A stretch of 56,874 nucleotides of DNA from a virus (lineage: Duplodnaviria > Caudoviricetes): IMG/VR virus record IMGVR_UViG_3300049491_000539, positions 1 to 56,874 of that record, one strand, 5' to 3'. The position numbers were made by a program, and so were the translations under genes. The first letter of the stretch is position 1. Each line of letters opens with the position of its first letter. This document shows positions 36,825 to 45,904 of this stretch, piece by piece. The notes under the pieces were generated by a model. That model saw only the letters and a list, made by a program, of their open reading frames with translations. It searched no databases and was not told the origin of the DNA.

Positions 36825-39800
36825 TGCCTGAACGCCAAGTGCCTGGCCTAGGACTTACCGCATTCTGGGATGCTGCTCAGGACGGATGGAACACAGGTAT
36901 GGACGCCAACTTGCGTCTGTTGTCGGTGCTCTGCCAGGGGCGTGTCATCAGCCGCGTTACTGCGCTTCCCGGGTCGCCGACAAACGGTCAAATCTATATC
37001 GTCCCGTCAGGTGGTGATGCCAACAAGATTGCAGTTCGTGATAACGGGGCGTGGGTCTATTTGATTCCGGCTGAGGGCTGGATGATCTACGTCAACGACG
37101 AGAACGAGTTCGTCAAGTTTGACGGTGCTGCGTGGGTCATCTTTGGCAGTGGTGGCACACCAACGGAATTGCAGAACATGACCTATATTGGTCTTGGAAC
37201 AACTGCTGATTCAACAAACCCTTTGTCTGTATTTCTGAACTCAGTTCTGTTTAACGCCAAGACGGCTGCATCAGGCGGCGATGGCGACATCCGTATCAAG
37301 CTCAACAAAGAAACAGCTGGCGACACAGCCTCATTCATATTCCAAGACGCGTTTTCCGGTCGCGCTGAATTCGGCTTGACTGGTGACGACGATTTCCATT
37401 TTAAGGTCAGCCCTGACGGAACGGTTTGGTCAGAAGCTCTGACGATCAACAGGACGACCGGTATTGTCACGCTGACCGCAAAGTCAATCTCAAATGCCTC
37501 TCTACGTGATAGCACAGCCACGTCGATTATTGGTCGCAGCGCTGGCACAGCTGGCGTTCCGGCCGACATAGCGGCGTCAGCAGACGGCCAGTTTCTTCAA
37601 CGCTCTGGTGGAGCGCTCAGCTTTGCGGCTGCATCGGCTGGTTCAATTGTCAACACGCCAGCTGGCGGCATCGCAGCCACAACCGTTCAGGCCGCTATCA
37701 ACGAGCTTGATACTGAGAAGTTCAACGCTGCTGGCGGCACGATTTCAGGCAACGTCACGGTGACTGGAAGCCTGACTCTCAACGGCTCAACGTTCGTCGT
37801 CAACGCCACCCAAGTCACTTACGACGACATCATCTTGGTCGTTGGTGGCGACACCGCTCCCGTATCCGACGACGCCAAGGACCGAGGAATTGAGTTCCGT
37901 TGGCACAACGGAACCGCAGCCAAGATCGGCTTCTTCGGTTTCGACCGTTCAACGCAGCGAATGGTCTTCATTCCTGACGCCACAGACACGGCGGACGTGA
38001 TCTCTGGCACAGTAGGAAGCTTTGAAGGCAACTTAGTCGGCAACGCCGACTCGGCCACGACTGCTACAACCGTCAGCAACGACGCGATTACGAACGCGAA
38101 ACTTGCGAACGTGGCCACGCAGACCATCAAGGGTCGCACGACCGCAGCGACTGGCGATCCAGAAGACCTGACCGGCACGCAGGTTACCGCGATGTTGGAC
38201 AATTTCACAACGACGTTAAAAGGTCTTGTTCCGCTGTCTGGCGGCGGAACGACAAACTTCTTGCGTGCTGACGGAACATGGGCTGTTCCACCGTCTGGCG
38301 GCAGTGGCGAGATCAATACTGCGTCAAACGTTAACGTTGGCGGCGTCGGTGTCTTCAAACAGAAGACTGGCGTGAACCTCGAATATCGTGGGATAAACGC
38401 AGCATCAACGAAGATTGGAGTCGCTCTCGACGCGGGCAACAACGAAATTGACATTGATGTCAACGAAGCAAATCTGACGCTCGCAAATATTGGTGGCTCG
38501 ATTGACTTGGGCGGCGCAAAGGCAAGTGGGGTTCTTGCAGCTGCCCGTTTCCCAGCTTTGACCGGCGACGTGACAACTGTTGCTGGTACGCTTGGCTCGA
38601 CCGTCAGCAACGACGCGATTACGAACGCGAAACTTGCGAACGTGGCCACGCAGACCATCAAGGGTCGCACGACCGCAGCGACTGGCGATCCAGAAGACCT
38701 GACACCGGTTCAAGTCAAGACTATGCTTGCCGTCACTGGTGCAGACGTTGCAAACACGCCAGCTGGCGGCATCGCAGCCACAACCGTTCAGGCCGCTATC
38801 AACGAGCTTGATACTGAGAAGTTCAACGTCGCTGGCGGAACTATTTCTGGAAGTATGACGGTTACCGGTGATCTCACCGTCAACGGCTCAACGTTCGTCG
38901 TCAACGCCACCCAAGTCACTTACGACGACATCATCTTGGTCGTTGGTGGCGACACCGCTCCCGTATCCGACGACGCCAAGGACCGAGGAATTGAGTTCCG
39001 TTGGCACAACGGAACCGCAGCCAAGATCGGCTTCTTCGGTTTCGACCGTTCAACGCAGGAAATGATGTTTGTTCCTGACGCCACAGACACGGCGGACGTG
39101 ATCTCTGGCACAGTAGGCGCAATCAGAGCCAACCTGAATGGTAATGCAGTTTCTTCGACTACAGCGGCGGCTTGGGCGACGGGCAGAACTGTCACCAATA
39201 CAGGTGATGTGACCGGCGCTTCTGCTTCTTTTGACGGCTCTGCTAACCTGTCCTACGCGCTGACTATCGCCAATGACGCCGTGACAAACGTGAAGCTCGC
39301 CAACATGCTCACGGCGACCTTCAAGGGCCGCGCAACCGCTGGCACTGGTGACCCAGAAGATTTGAGCACAGCACAGGCCACAGCGTTGTTGAACGCATTC
39401 GTGGCATCTGGCGCGGGTGCTCTAAAAGGTCTTGTCCCTACTCCTCCTGGGACCGCAGGAACGGCAAAATTCCTTCGTGAAGACTCCACTTGGGCTGATC
39501 TTCAAAACCTCGCTCTCGTCGGCGTCAACACGACTGCTGACGCCACGAATAAATTGGCCGTTGCATCACCCTCATTGCTCTTCACAAACACTGGCGCTGG
39601 CGTCCAGGTTAAAGTCAACAAGGCTGCCACTGGCGATACCGCGAGCTTCCTATTCCAGAACAACTTCTCTGGTCGAGCCGAGATCGGCCTGACGGGGGAT
39701 GACGATTTTCATTTCAAGGTATCGGCTGACGGTTCGGCGTTCTTTGAATCGCTGTGGATTTCTCGCGCCACTGGGCTTGTTACAATCAAAAACGGCTTCG

Positions 39801-40051
39801 TTATTGACCCACAAGCGGCTGATCCAACGACGCCGGTCAATGGGCAGATTTGGTATAACTCGACGTTAGGTTTGTTTCGCAAGAGAGAAAACGGAACGTC
39901 ATCAAACTTGGATACCACGTCAGGCGGCGGGTTGGCTGACGGTGATAAAGGCGACATCATCGTGTCTGCTTCGGGCGCAACTTGGGAACTTGATGCACAA
40001 GCCCATCTTGGACGCATCTGCGCTCACGCCAATAATGTTTTCATGAATTAG
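36824..40051 (+). CDS. Long tail fibre (DUF2793-like N-terminus) with internal duplications
   Basis: N-terminal W..GMDANLRLLS...PGSPTNGQIYIV...P.EGW; two copies of NK..GDTAS..FQ..FSGRAE.GL.GDDDFHFKVS; ITNAKLAN repeats. Confidence 0.85.
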   Translation: MPERQVPGLGLTAFWDAAQDGWNTGMDANLRLLSVLCQGRVISRVTALPGSPTNGQIYIVPSGGDANKIAVRDNGAWVYLIPAEGWMIYVNDENEFVKFDGAAWVIFGSGGTPTELQNMTYIGLGTTADSTNPLSVFLNSVLFNAKTAASGGDGDIRIKLNKETAGDTASFIFQDAFSGRAEFGLTGDDDFHFKVSPDGTVWSEALTINRTTGIVTLTAKSISNASLRDSTATSIIGRSAGTAGVPADIAASADGQFLQRSGGALSFAAASAGSIVNTPAGGIAATTVQAAINELDTEKFNAAGGTISGNVTVTGSLTLNGSTFVVNATQVTYDDIILVVGGDTAPVSDDAKDRGIEFRWHNGTAAKIGFFGFDRSTQRMVFIPDATDTADVISGTVGSFEGNLVGNADSATTATTVSNDAITNAKLANVATQTIKGRTTAATGDPEDLTGTQVTAMLDNFTTTLKGLVPLSGGGTTNFLRADGTWAVPPSGGSGEINTASNVNVGGVGVFKQKTGVNLEYRGINAASTKIGVALDAGNNEIDIDVNEANLTLANIGGSIDLGGAKASGVLAAARFPALTGDVTTVAGTLGSTVSNDAITNAKLANVATQTIKGRTTAATGDPEDLTPVQVKTMLAVTGADVANTPAGGIAATTVQAAINELDTEKFNVAGGTISGSMTVTGDLTVNGSTFVVNATQVTYDDIILVVGGDTAPVSDDAKDRGIEFRWHNGTAAKIGFFGFDRSTQEMMFVPDATDTADVISGTVGAIRANLNGNAVSSTTAAAWATGRTVTNTGDVTGASASFDGSANLSYALTIANDAVTNVKLANMLTATFKGRATAGTGDPEDLSTAQATALLNAFVASGAGALKGLVPTPPGTAGTAKFLREDSTWADLQNLALVGVNTTADATNKLAVASPSLLFTNTGAGVQVKVNKAATGDTASFLFQNNFSGRAEIGLTGDDDFHFKVSADGSAFFESLWISRATGLVTIKNGFVIDPQAADPTTPVNGQIWYNSTLGLFRKRENGTSSNLDTTSGGGLADGDKGDIIVSASGATWELDAQAHLGRICAHANNVFMN
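37652..39117 (+). repeat. Perfect intragenic DNA duplications in the tail fibre gene
   Basis: 37652-37727 = 38753-38828, 37779-37957 = 38880-39058 and 37971-38016 = 39072-39117 (offset 1101); 38069-38172 = 38600-38703 (offset 531). Confidence 0.85.
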
Positions 40052-40061
40052 GAGAATTCAG

Positions 40062-40478
40062 ATGCCGGGTAACAACGCGCCTATCTATTCCAAAAGTGCA
40101 AATGTTTCTTGGAATACCGTCAACATGACTGCGGCAAACACAAACAAGGACGGCACAGGAGTCGTCGATCTTATCTGGACTGCTGACGTGACGAACGGCG
40201 GTTATCTTGATTCAATTTCTATTGTTCCAAAAGGAACAAACGTGGCTACTGTCATGCGCTTCTTCGTCAATAACGGTTCGACGAACACCGTCGCCGCTAA
40301 CAACAGTCTTATTGACCATGTTGGTCTTCCTGCAAGCACGTTGAGCGAAGTGGCGGCAACCCCAAAAGCCGTGCTTAATGTGCAAAAAATCTTCCCGCTC
40401 GGCTACAGAATTTATGCGGTATTGGGAACTGCTGTCGCGGCTGGTTTTGGCGTTACTGCATACGGCGGAAATTACTGA
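40062..40478 (+). CDS. Tail fibre-associated structural protein
   Basis: AGGAG RBS; GTNVATVMRFFVNNG beta-rich fold; synteny. Confidence 0.65.
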   Translation: MPGNNAPIYSKSANVSWNTVNMTAANTNKDGTGVVDLIWTADVTNGGYLDSISIVPKGTNVATVMRFFVNNGSTNTVAANNSLIDHVGLPASTLSEVAATPKAVLNVQKIFPLGYRIYAVLGTAVAAGFGVTAYGGNY

Positions 40479-41497
40479 TGCGGCCGGCATTCAAACTTCC
40501 TGAGTTGGTTGGGTTTGACAAAAAGCCTGATCTTAAAATTGCTTATGAGAACTCAGCGGCAGACGCCATTTATCACTGTCTCTTAAACGGCAATCCCATC
40601 CCAGATTGGGCGCGGCGCGAAGTCACGATGAACTGGCCATTTCACTTGCCAAAAGAGAAACAAACCACACTATTCACGCCGCAGGGAAATTCAACAAATG
40701 CTTGGCAAGCGTGGCAAAAGCCATTGGGAACTAATCTTGTTGAGATTCTTACCATGGCTTCTGGCGGGGCGGGTGGTTTAGGATTTGCTGCGGCGGCTGC
40801 AAGCGCACGCGGCGGCGGCGGGGGTGGTGGTTCAGGTTCGATGTCACGCCTGATCGTTCCGGCTGACCTACTCCCAGAAACACTTTACGTTCAGCCGGGT
40901 ATTCGTGGAATCGGGGCAGCTGGAACAACGAGCTACGTTTCATTGATGCCGCTAGTAACCACTCAAATTTTGCTGTGTATTGCTTTTGGCGGTGGCTTAG
41001 GTGGAACCGGAACAGCCGCAGCGGTTGGCGCGGCTGGTGCGGCTGGGGTCATTGCAACTGCGTCGACCTGCCCATACTCAACACTCGGCCTGTTCGTTTC
41101 GCTTTCGGGTCAAGCCGGTGGTGCTGGTGGTGCTATCGCTGGCGGCGCGGGGACAGCAGTTGCGTGGGGTGGCGTCGGAACTCTGAACAGCGGCGGCGCT
41201 GGTGGCGGCGGAACGACATCGGCTGACTTTGCTGGTGGCAACGTCGCTGGCTCAGGGTTTGTTCCAACAATAGTAGGTGGTTTGGCCGGATCAAATCCTG
41301 GTGGGGCGGGATTTGATCTCTTCGTTCCACCATCGTTCGCTGGCGGCGGCGGCGGCGGCTCGTCGAATGCGGGAACTGGTGGCGCAGGTGGTAACGCTGG
41401 CTACGGTTCTGGCGGCGGCGGTTCTGGCGCTGGGGTTGCCGCTGGAACGCGCTCGGAAGGTGGTGATGGTCTAATTTGGATCACTGCCATTAAATGA
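40478..41497 (+). CDS. Glycine-rich tail fibre-associated protein
   Basis: W.KP.G...VEI...GG.GG; extensive GGGGG tracts; ends GGDG.IWI. Confidence 0.75.
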   Translation: MRPAFKLPELVGFDKKPDLKIAYENSAADAIYHCLLNGNPIPDWARREVTMNWPFHLPKEKQTTLFTPQGNSTNAWQAWQKPLGTNLVEILTMASGGAGGLGFAAAAASARGGGGGGGSGSMSRLIVPADLLPETLYVQPGIRGIGAAGTTSYVSLMPLVTTQILLCIAFGGGLGGTGTAAAVGAAGAAGVIATASTCPYSTLGLFVSLSGQAGGAGGAIAGGAGTAVAWGGVGTLNSGGAGGGGTTSADFAGGNVAGSGFVPTIVGGLAGSNPGGAGFDLFVPPSFAGGGGGGSSNAGTGGAGGNAGYGSGGGGSGAGVAAGTRSEGGDGLIWITAIK

Positions 41498-41569
41498 AAT
41501 TGATAGAAAAAGTTGGCAAATCAACCATATGGTGGTAGCTACGGGCAACAATACGGAGGCACGGTTCTT

Positions 41570-41839
41570 ATGGCGAAGAAAACAAATGTCTTTTCAGTTA
41601 CATCGTCAGCGTGGACAGAAATATCCAGCGGACTCGCCAACGTCTTCGTCCAAGCTTCCAAAGTCGCGCCAGTCAGAATCGCTGTTGCTGAGGCATCGGG
41701 CGACCTGAGCACGTCTGACGGTCACATCATTGAGCGCAATCGAGAGGGCGGTATTCCGTTCTCCAATCTCGGCGCGACCCATAAAGTGTTTGCCCGTGCG
41801 TTTGGCGTCGACTCAGAAGTTACAGTCACGGCTTACTGA
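41570..41839 (+). CDS. Hypothetical small beta-rich protein
   Basis: GGAGG RBS then ATG 41570. Confidence 0.65.
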   Translation: MAKKTNVFSVTSSAWTEISSGLANVFVQASKVAPVRIAVAEASGDLSTSDGHIIERNREGGIPFSNLGATHKVFARAFGVDSEVTVTAY

Positions 41840-41988
41840 TGTTTGAAAGAATGCTCATAGGTATCCGCTCAAAATTCATGCTGCGAAAGTCACTTCAATC
41901 TGGCGGTTCAAACCTGACGATGAACGGACTGACACTCCTACCGAATGAGTTTGTGACCTTCGCCGGAACACGCGTGATTATGGGATGA
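41839..41988 (+). CDS. Hypothetical 49-aa protein (not in the ORF track)
   Basis: TGATG coupling with the upstream gene; MFERMLIGIRSKF...VIMG; fills the gap before 41993. Confidence 0.5.
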   Translation: MFERMLIGIRSKFMLRKSLQSGGSNLTMNGLTLLPNEFVTFAGTRVIMG

Positions 41989-41992
41989 CCTG

Positions 41993-43726
41993 ATGGCTGA
42001 ACAGAACATCACCACATTCACTGAAAAGACGGTTCTGGACGGCACTGAGCTTCTGCCAATTTTGTCAGACCCATCGGGCACGCCGACGCCGAATTCAGTC
42101 ACAACACGCACTCTGGTTGACAAGGCTTTCAAAGCGCAGTCGCCAGCGCGGCAAACCATCGCGACACTCGTCGGCGACGAAGTTCTAACCGCCCGTAAAT
42201 CTGACGGGACGGTCGCAGAATTCACAAGTCAGAAGTTGGTTGATCTCGTTTCACCAGTGAATGGAGATCAGCTTTACACGTTGAGTGGGGACGAGACCAT
42301 CCGTGTGTCCGGCACGGATGGTCTCACGCATATTGTCGCCATGAAGGCTATTACACCTCACGCGGATCATACCAAGCCGCGACCGTTCTCAGGTCGTGTT
42401 CCTGTCTATCCAATTCGCGGCGTGCTTGATGTCATGTCTGACTCATCAGGCTACACAACAACCGTGCCGGCCGGCGGCGCAGTCACGAACATCACGGCTG
42501 ACGACGCCTATGGCACGAAGCAATGGCGCATGGTGACCGGTAATCTCGGCATCGGTTCATTCGCTGTCGTGCGGCGTAACGATAACGGTCGTCCAATCAA
42601 CACGACGGGACTTTGGGTTGGTGTTGACCTGATTTCCTCTGACCCTGACAAGATCAACGACATTCAGGTCTATCTGGGCAACACTGGTCTGACGGCGTTC
42701 TACAAGTGGAACAACATTCTTGGCAGTCAGTCGGTTCGACCGATTCAGTATGGCCGCAAGACGCGCATTTGCTTCCCTGTCGCTGTCTCAAACCTTGGGG
42801 CACTCGGTCACGCAAGCTCTGTAACGGGTTCACCAAACCTTGCGTCAATCAACGCTTGGCAGGTTCGGATTGATGACAAAGGTGCTGGCGCAGCTTACGT
42901 AACAATTGACCGGATATTCTTCTTCAAACCCACCATCGCCACGTCTGCTGTGTGCATGGACGACGGGTATCGTTCGTGGTGGGATTTGGGCAAACCGATC
43001 ATGGACAAATATGGTATCAGGTCAACGATTTATGCCATTCGTCTCTATCATGACTCGTCTCAGTCTGGGTTTTCTCAACCTTCAAACCGTTTGACTGAGG
43101 CACAACTACAGACGTTCGTCGAGCAAGGCCACGAACTCGGCTTTCACATGACCGGCAACAACGCTAAGGAAGATTTCTCGCCTTTAGAAGTTCACAATGA
43201 GATTAAAGCGTTCAAGAAATGGGCGAAGAATCGCTTCGGGTTTGACGTTCTGTCTGGCGCATATCCTGGCGGTGAGCAGGGTTACTTTGTTGGACCTAAC
43301 TATCCAGTTGGTCATCCTCAAGTCGGGCAGCCAAAACCTTTATGGGTATCAGGTGACGAGTTGAAGACCGTCAGAGATGTGTTCTCTGACCACTTCCCAT
43401 TTTCACGAACAATCGCCCGCGTCTCACCAGAGAGCTATCCAGCTGCCGACAACTCACTTTTGAAGTGCTTCCTATACCAATATGGTGAAGGTGTGTCCTA
43501 TACCACACCAGCAATAAATCAGAGTTACATCAACACGCTGGTCGCAACAGGCGGCGTTGGCGTCCATTCCTATCATGAACTGGTATCAGGAACTCCCGCC
43601 ACGGGTGTGACGACGCAGTATAACATCGCTGACTTTGAGGCGAACATGGCTTACATTGCCTCTCAGATTAATGCTGGCGTCATGGAGAGTTTGACGTTAC
43701 GTGAGGCGTTCGGTCGCGGCTTCTGA
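41993..43726 (+). CDS. Putative virion protein with a C-terminal polysaccharide deacetylase (CE4/NodB-like) domain
   Basis: CMDDGY, GHELGFH, AYPGG, SYHEL motifs. Confidence 0.75.
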   Translation: MAEQNITTFTEKTVLDGTELLPILSDPSGTPTPNSVTTRTLVDKAFKAQSPARQTIATLVGDEVLTARKSDGTVAEFTSQKLVDLVSPVNGDQLYTLSGDETIRVSGTDGLTHIVAMKAITPHADHTKPRPFSGRVPVYPIRGVLDVMSDSSGYTTTVPAGGAVTNITADDAYGTKQWRMVTGNLGIGSFAVVRRNDNGRPINTTGLWVGVDLISSDPDKINDIQVYLGNTGLTAFYKWNNILGSQSVRPIQYGRKTRICFPVAVSNLGALGHASSVTGSPNLASINAWQVRIDDKGAGAAYVTIDRIFFFKPTIATSAVCMDDGYRSWWDLGKPIMDKYGIRSTIYAIRLYHDSSQSGFSQPSNRLTEAQLQTFVEQGHELGFHMTGNNAKEDFSPLEVHNEIKAFKKWAKNRFGFDVLSGAYPGGEQGYFVGPNYPVGHPQVGQPKPLWVSGDELKTVRDVFSDHFPFSRTIARVSPESYPAADNSLLKCFLYQYGEGVSYTTPAINQSYINTLVATGGVGVHSYHELVSGTPATGVTTQYNIADFEANMAYIASQINAGVMESLTLREAFGRGF

Positions 43727-43794
43727 CGATTCAAGTTTCTATTAGCCACGGAATCAACTATATGGTGATTCATCACTTATGTGGAGATCGCGTC

Positions 43795-44013
43795 ATGAAG
43801 CTGCTTTGGAACTGGAAGCTCGTTCTTCTTCACGCTTGGAGCGTGAGATTGATGGTTCTTGCCGCAATCCTCTCAGGCGTGGAAGTGGCACTACCCCTCA
43901 TTGATGGGTTGTTTGAAGTCCCTCGCGGCATTTTTGCAACACTGACGGCGGTCGTGACTATCGCGGCGTTCATTAGTCGTTTCGTTGTTCAAACCAACAT
44001 TCCGGAGAAGTGA
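43795..44013 (+). CDS. Holin
   Basis: Two hydrophobic segments, NWK.VL..AWSVRL; precedes the endolysin. Confidence 0.75.
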   Translation: MKLLWNWKLVLLHAWSVRLMVLAAILSGVEVALPLIDGLFEVPRGIFATLTAVVTIAAFISRFVVQTNIPEK

Positions 44014-44014
44014 A

Positions 44015-44479
44015 ATGGCTGTATCGCGGATGAAGCGCAACGCTGGTTTGGCAGCTGCCGCAATCGCACTGGTTGGTTCATTTGAAGGTCTGCGCACATA
44101 CGCTTACCGTGACCCTATTGGTATTCCAACTGTGTGCTTCGGCGAAACCCGTGGCGTCAAGATGGGCGACAAGCATAGTGTGGCCGAGTGCAAGAATATG
44201 CTGGGGACGCGACTGATCGAGTTTGAAACCGGCATGACACGCTGCATGATCAATCCAGCAGCCGTCCCCAACGGCGCATATACTGCCTTCCTGTCATTCA
44301 CATACAACGTCGGCACAGGCGCGTTCTGCAAGTCCACCCTAAACAAGAAACTCAATGCCGGTGATCTACGCGGCGCTTGCAACGAGCTTCTGAAATGGGA
44401 CCGTGCGGGTGGCATCCGTTTGCCAGGTCTGACTAATCGCCGCCGCGCCGAACAGAAGCTGTGTCTGGGTGGCGTTTGA
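44015..44479 (+). CDS. SAR endolysin (GH24 lysozyme)
   Basis: N-terminal AGLAAAAIALVG; catalytic FEGLR..AY.D..G..T.CFG.T; FTYNVG; GL..RR..E..LC. Confidence 0.92.
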   Translation: MAVSRMKRNAGLAAAAIALVGSFEGLRTYAYRDPIGIPTVCFGETRGVKMGDKHSVAECKNMLGTRLIEFETGMTRCMINPAAVPNGAYTAFLSFTYNVGTGAFCKSTLNKKLNAGDLRGACNELLKWDRAGGIRLPGLTNRRRAEQKLCLGGV

Positions 44480-44901
44480 TGATCGCGCTTGTCGTCAAAG
44501 CACTAAAGTCACTTTTGTCAGTCCTGATGACCGTTCTGCCAATCCCACTCGGCCTGATATTAGCAGCTGGATTGTGGATTCATTTCGACAAGAATTCAGC
44601 GATTCGCACAGCTGTTGACCAAGCTATTTTCAAACTTGTGGCAGGAGCGCAAATTGATGCCGCGAATTCCAAGATTGAAGCTGAAAAAACCTTGAGGCTT
44701 TTCGTCCAAGGCCAGCTGACCGAGCAGCGTCGTCAGACGGCGGAAATCCAGAAATCAAATCAATCGTTCGCCGAGCGGCTGTCAAAAGCTGAACTCGATC
44801 GAGAGAGCCTTTCCCAGGAGCTTGATGATGTTCTCACAAAACCGACGCCAGCTGGTTGCTCTGTTGATGATCGTCTCATTGAGCGGCTGCGCAGCAAATG
44901 A
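44479..44901 (+). CDS. Inner-membrane spanin (Rz-like)
   Basis: N-terminal TM segment, coiled coil, C-terminal Cys; follows the endolysin. Confidence 0.75.
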   Translation: MIALVVKALKSLLSVLMTVLPIPLGLILAAGLWIHFDKNSAIRTAVDQAIFKLVAGAQIDAANSKIEAEKTLRLFVQGQLTEQRRQTAEIQKSNQSFAERLSKAELDRESLSQELDDVLTKPTPAGCSVDDRLIERLRSK

Positions 44902-45178
44902 GACTCTGAGGAAAGCAGAGATAGAGAAGTCGAACGCAAATGCAGCATTTGATGCGCTTATTGTCGCCAAAGATGAATTGAATCAGGCGAAGCAATTTCC
45001 TGAACAACCGCCAGATTGCAAGAAGAATGAAAAGTCTGGCGTAAAACTAAATGACCGGCTTGACGCCGCTGTCATCAAATATGACCGCGCCCTCTCAGCC
45101 GCAAATGCACGAAGTTCAAGGTGCTCGGAGTGGTATGATGCAACACGCAACGGGATCGCTGCTGATGTCAGAAAATAA
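44822..45178 (+). CDS. Outer-membrane spanin lipoprotein (Rz1-like)
   Basis: Lipobox LSGC; overlaps the Rz 3' end; P.QPPDC; exact start uncertain. Confidence 0.7.
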   Translation: MMMFSQNRRQLVALLMIVSLSGCAANETLRKAEIEKSNANAAFDALIVAKDELNQAKQFPEQPPDCKKNEKSGVKLNDRLDAAVIKYDRALSAANARSSRCSEWYDATRNGIAADVRK

Positions 45179-45530
45179 CCTAAACACACTGTTCGAGGTC
45201 ATTGGCGGTTTGAAGGAATCTGTCGACGGTATCAAGGACACTTTGGTTCGGCACGAGAAGCGCAGCGTTGACGACGCTCGTTTGGCCTCAGATCACAGAG
45301 CGGTCGTTCACCGTCGAATTGATGAAGTGTCTCGTGAGCTTGGAACAATTCACGGCGATATGAAGATGTTCAAGGAAGACCTCACAGACGCCAAGACCGT
45401 CACGGATGAAGTGAAACAGTGGAAGCAGCGCGGGGTAGGTGCTCTATTTGTCGCTGGCTTGACAGGAAGTGCATTCACGGCCGGCATTATCTATTTCTGG
45501 GAAGCGCTCTTGAAGACACTCAGACTCTAG
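45165..45530 (+). CDS. DUF1515-like coiled-coil membrane protein
   Basis: HRAVVHRRIDE...VTDEVKQWKQRGVGAL followed by a C-terminal TM segment. Confidence 0.7.
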   Translation: MSENNLNTLFEVIGGLKESVDGIKDTLVRHEKRSVDDARLASDHRAVVHRRIDEVSRELGTIHGDMKMFKEDLTDAKTVTDEVKQWKQRGVGALFVAGLTGSAFTAGIIYFWEALLKTLRL

Positions 45531-45545
45531 CTTCAAGAGCGCTTC
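45501..45545. terminator. 15-bp perfect inverted repeat at the junction of the convergent late and early arms
   Basis: GAAGCGCTCTTGAAG (45501-45515) / CTTCAAGAGCGCTTC (45531-45545). Confidence 0.6.
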
Positions 45546-45549
45546 TCTA

Positions 45550-45804
45550 TCACTGCATTGTAGCAACGCCGATTGCTGTTAGAAACCCAGCCTCGATACC
45601 ATTTATTTTCTTCTTCGCCGACATGGCGTAGATCACCTGTGACAAGAGTAATGGGTTGTTGTCAGTCTTCATCTTGATTACCAGCTGAGACGCATACTCA
45701 CGCCCCGTCGTGCAATCAGCAGCCCAATCTCCGGTATTGTTCACGCTCCAATAATCGCTGATCTTGTCTCCAAATTTAGAAATAAAGCCCAATTCGTTCT
45801 TCAT
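45550..45804 (-). CDS. Hypothetical protein
   Basis: GAGGG RBS; WSV..TGDW..DC..GREYA; own AT-rich upstream region. Confidence 0.65.
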   Translation of the reverse strand: MKNELGFISKFGDKISDYWSVNNTGDWAADCTTGREYASQLVIKMKTDNNPLLLSQVIYAMSAKKKINGIEAGFLTAIGVATMQ

Positions 45805-45904
45805 GACGCCCTCATACTTCTTCTAGTTGCGTGTGGTGTAAACGGCTGTTTCAGTTAAATTTGTAACTATTTCTCAAGCCAAATCTTAACTAAAACGGTT
45901 AATT

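Noticed and set aside
37819-38670. 283-aa antisense ORF and other shadow ORFs opposite the structural genes
   Set aside because: Explained by codon bias and repeats of the sense genes; no RBS or recognisable motifs
37652-39117. Diversity-generating retroelement template/variable repeats
   Set aside because: No reverse transcriptase in the window, and the differences between copies are not adenine-specific
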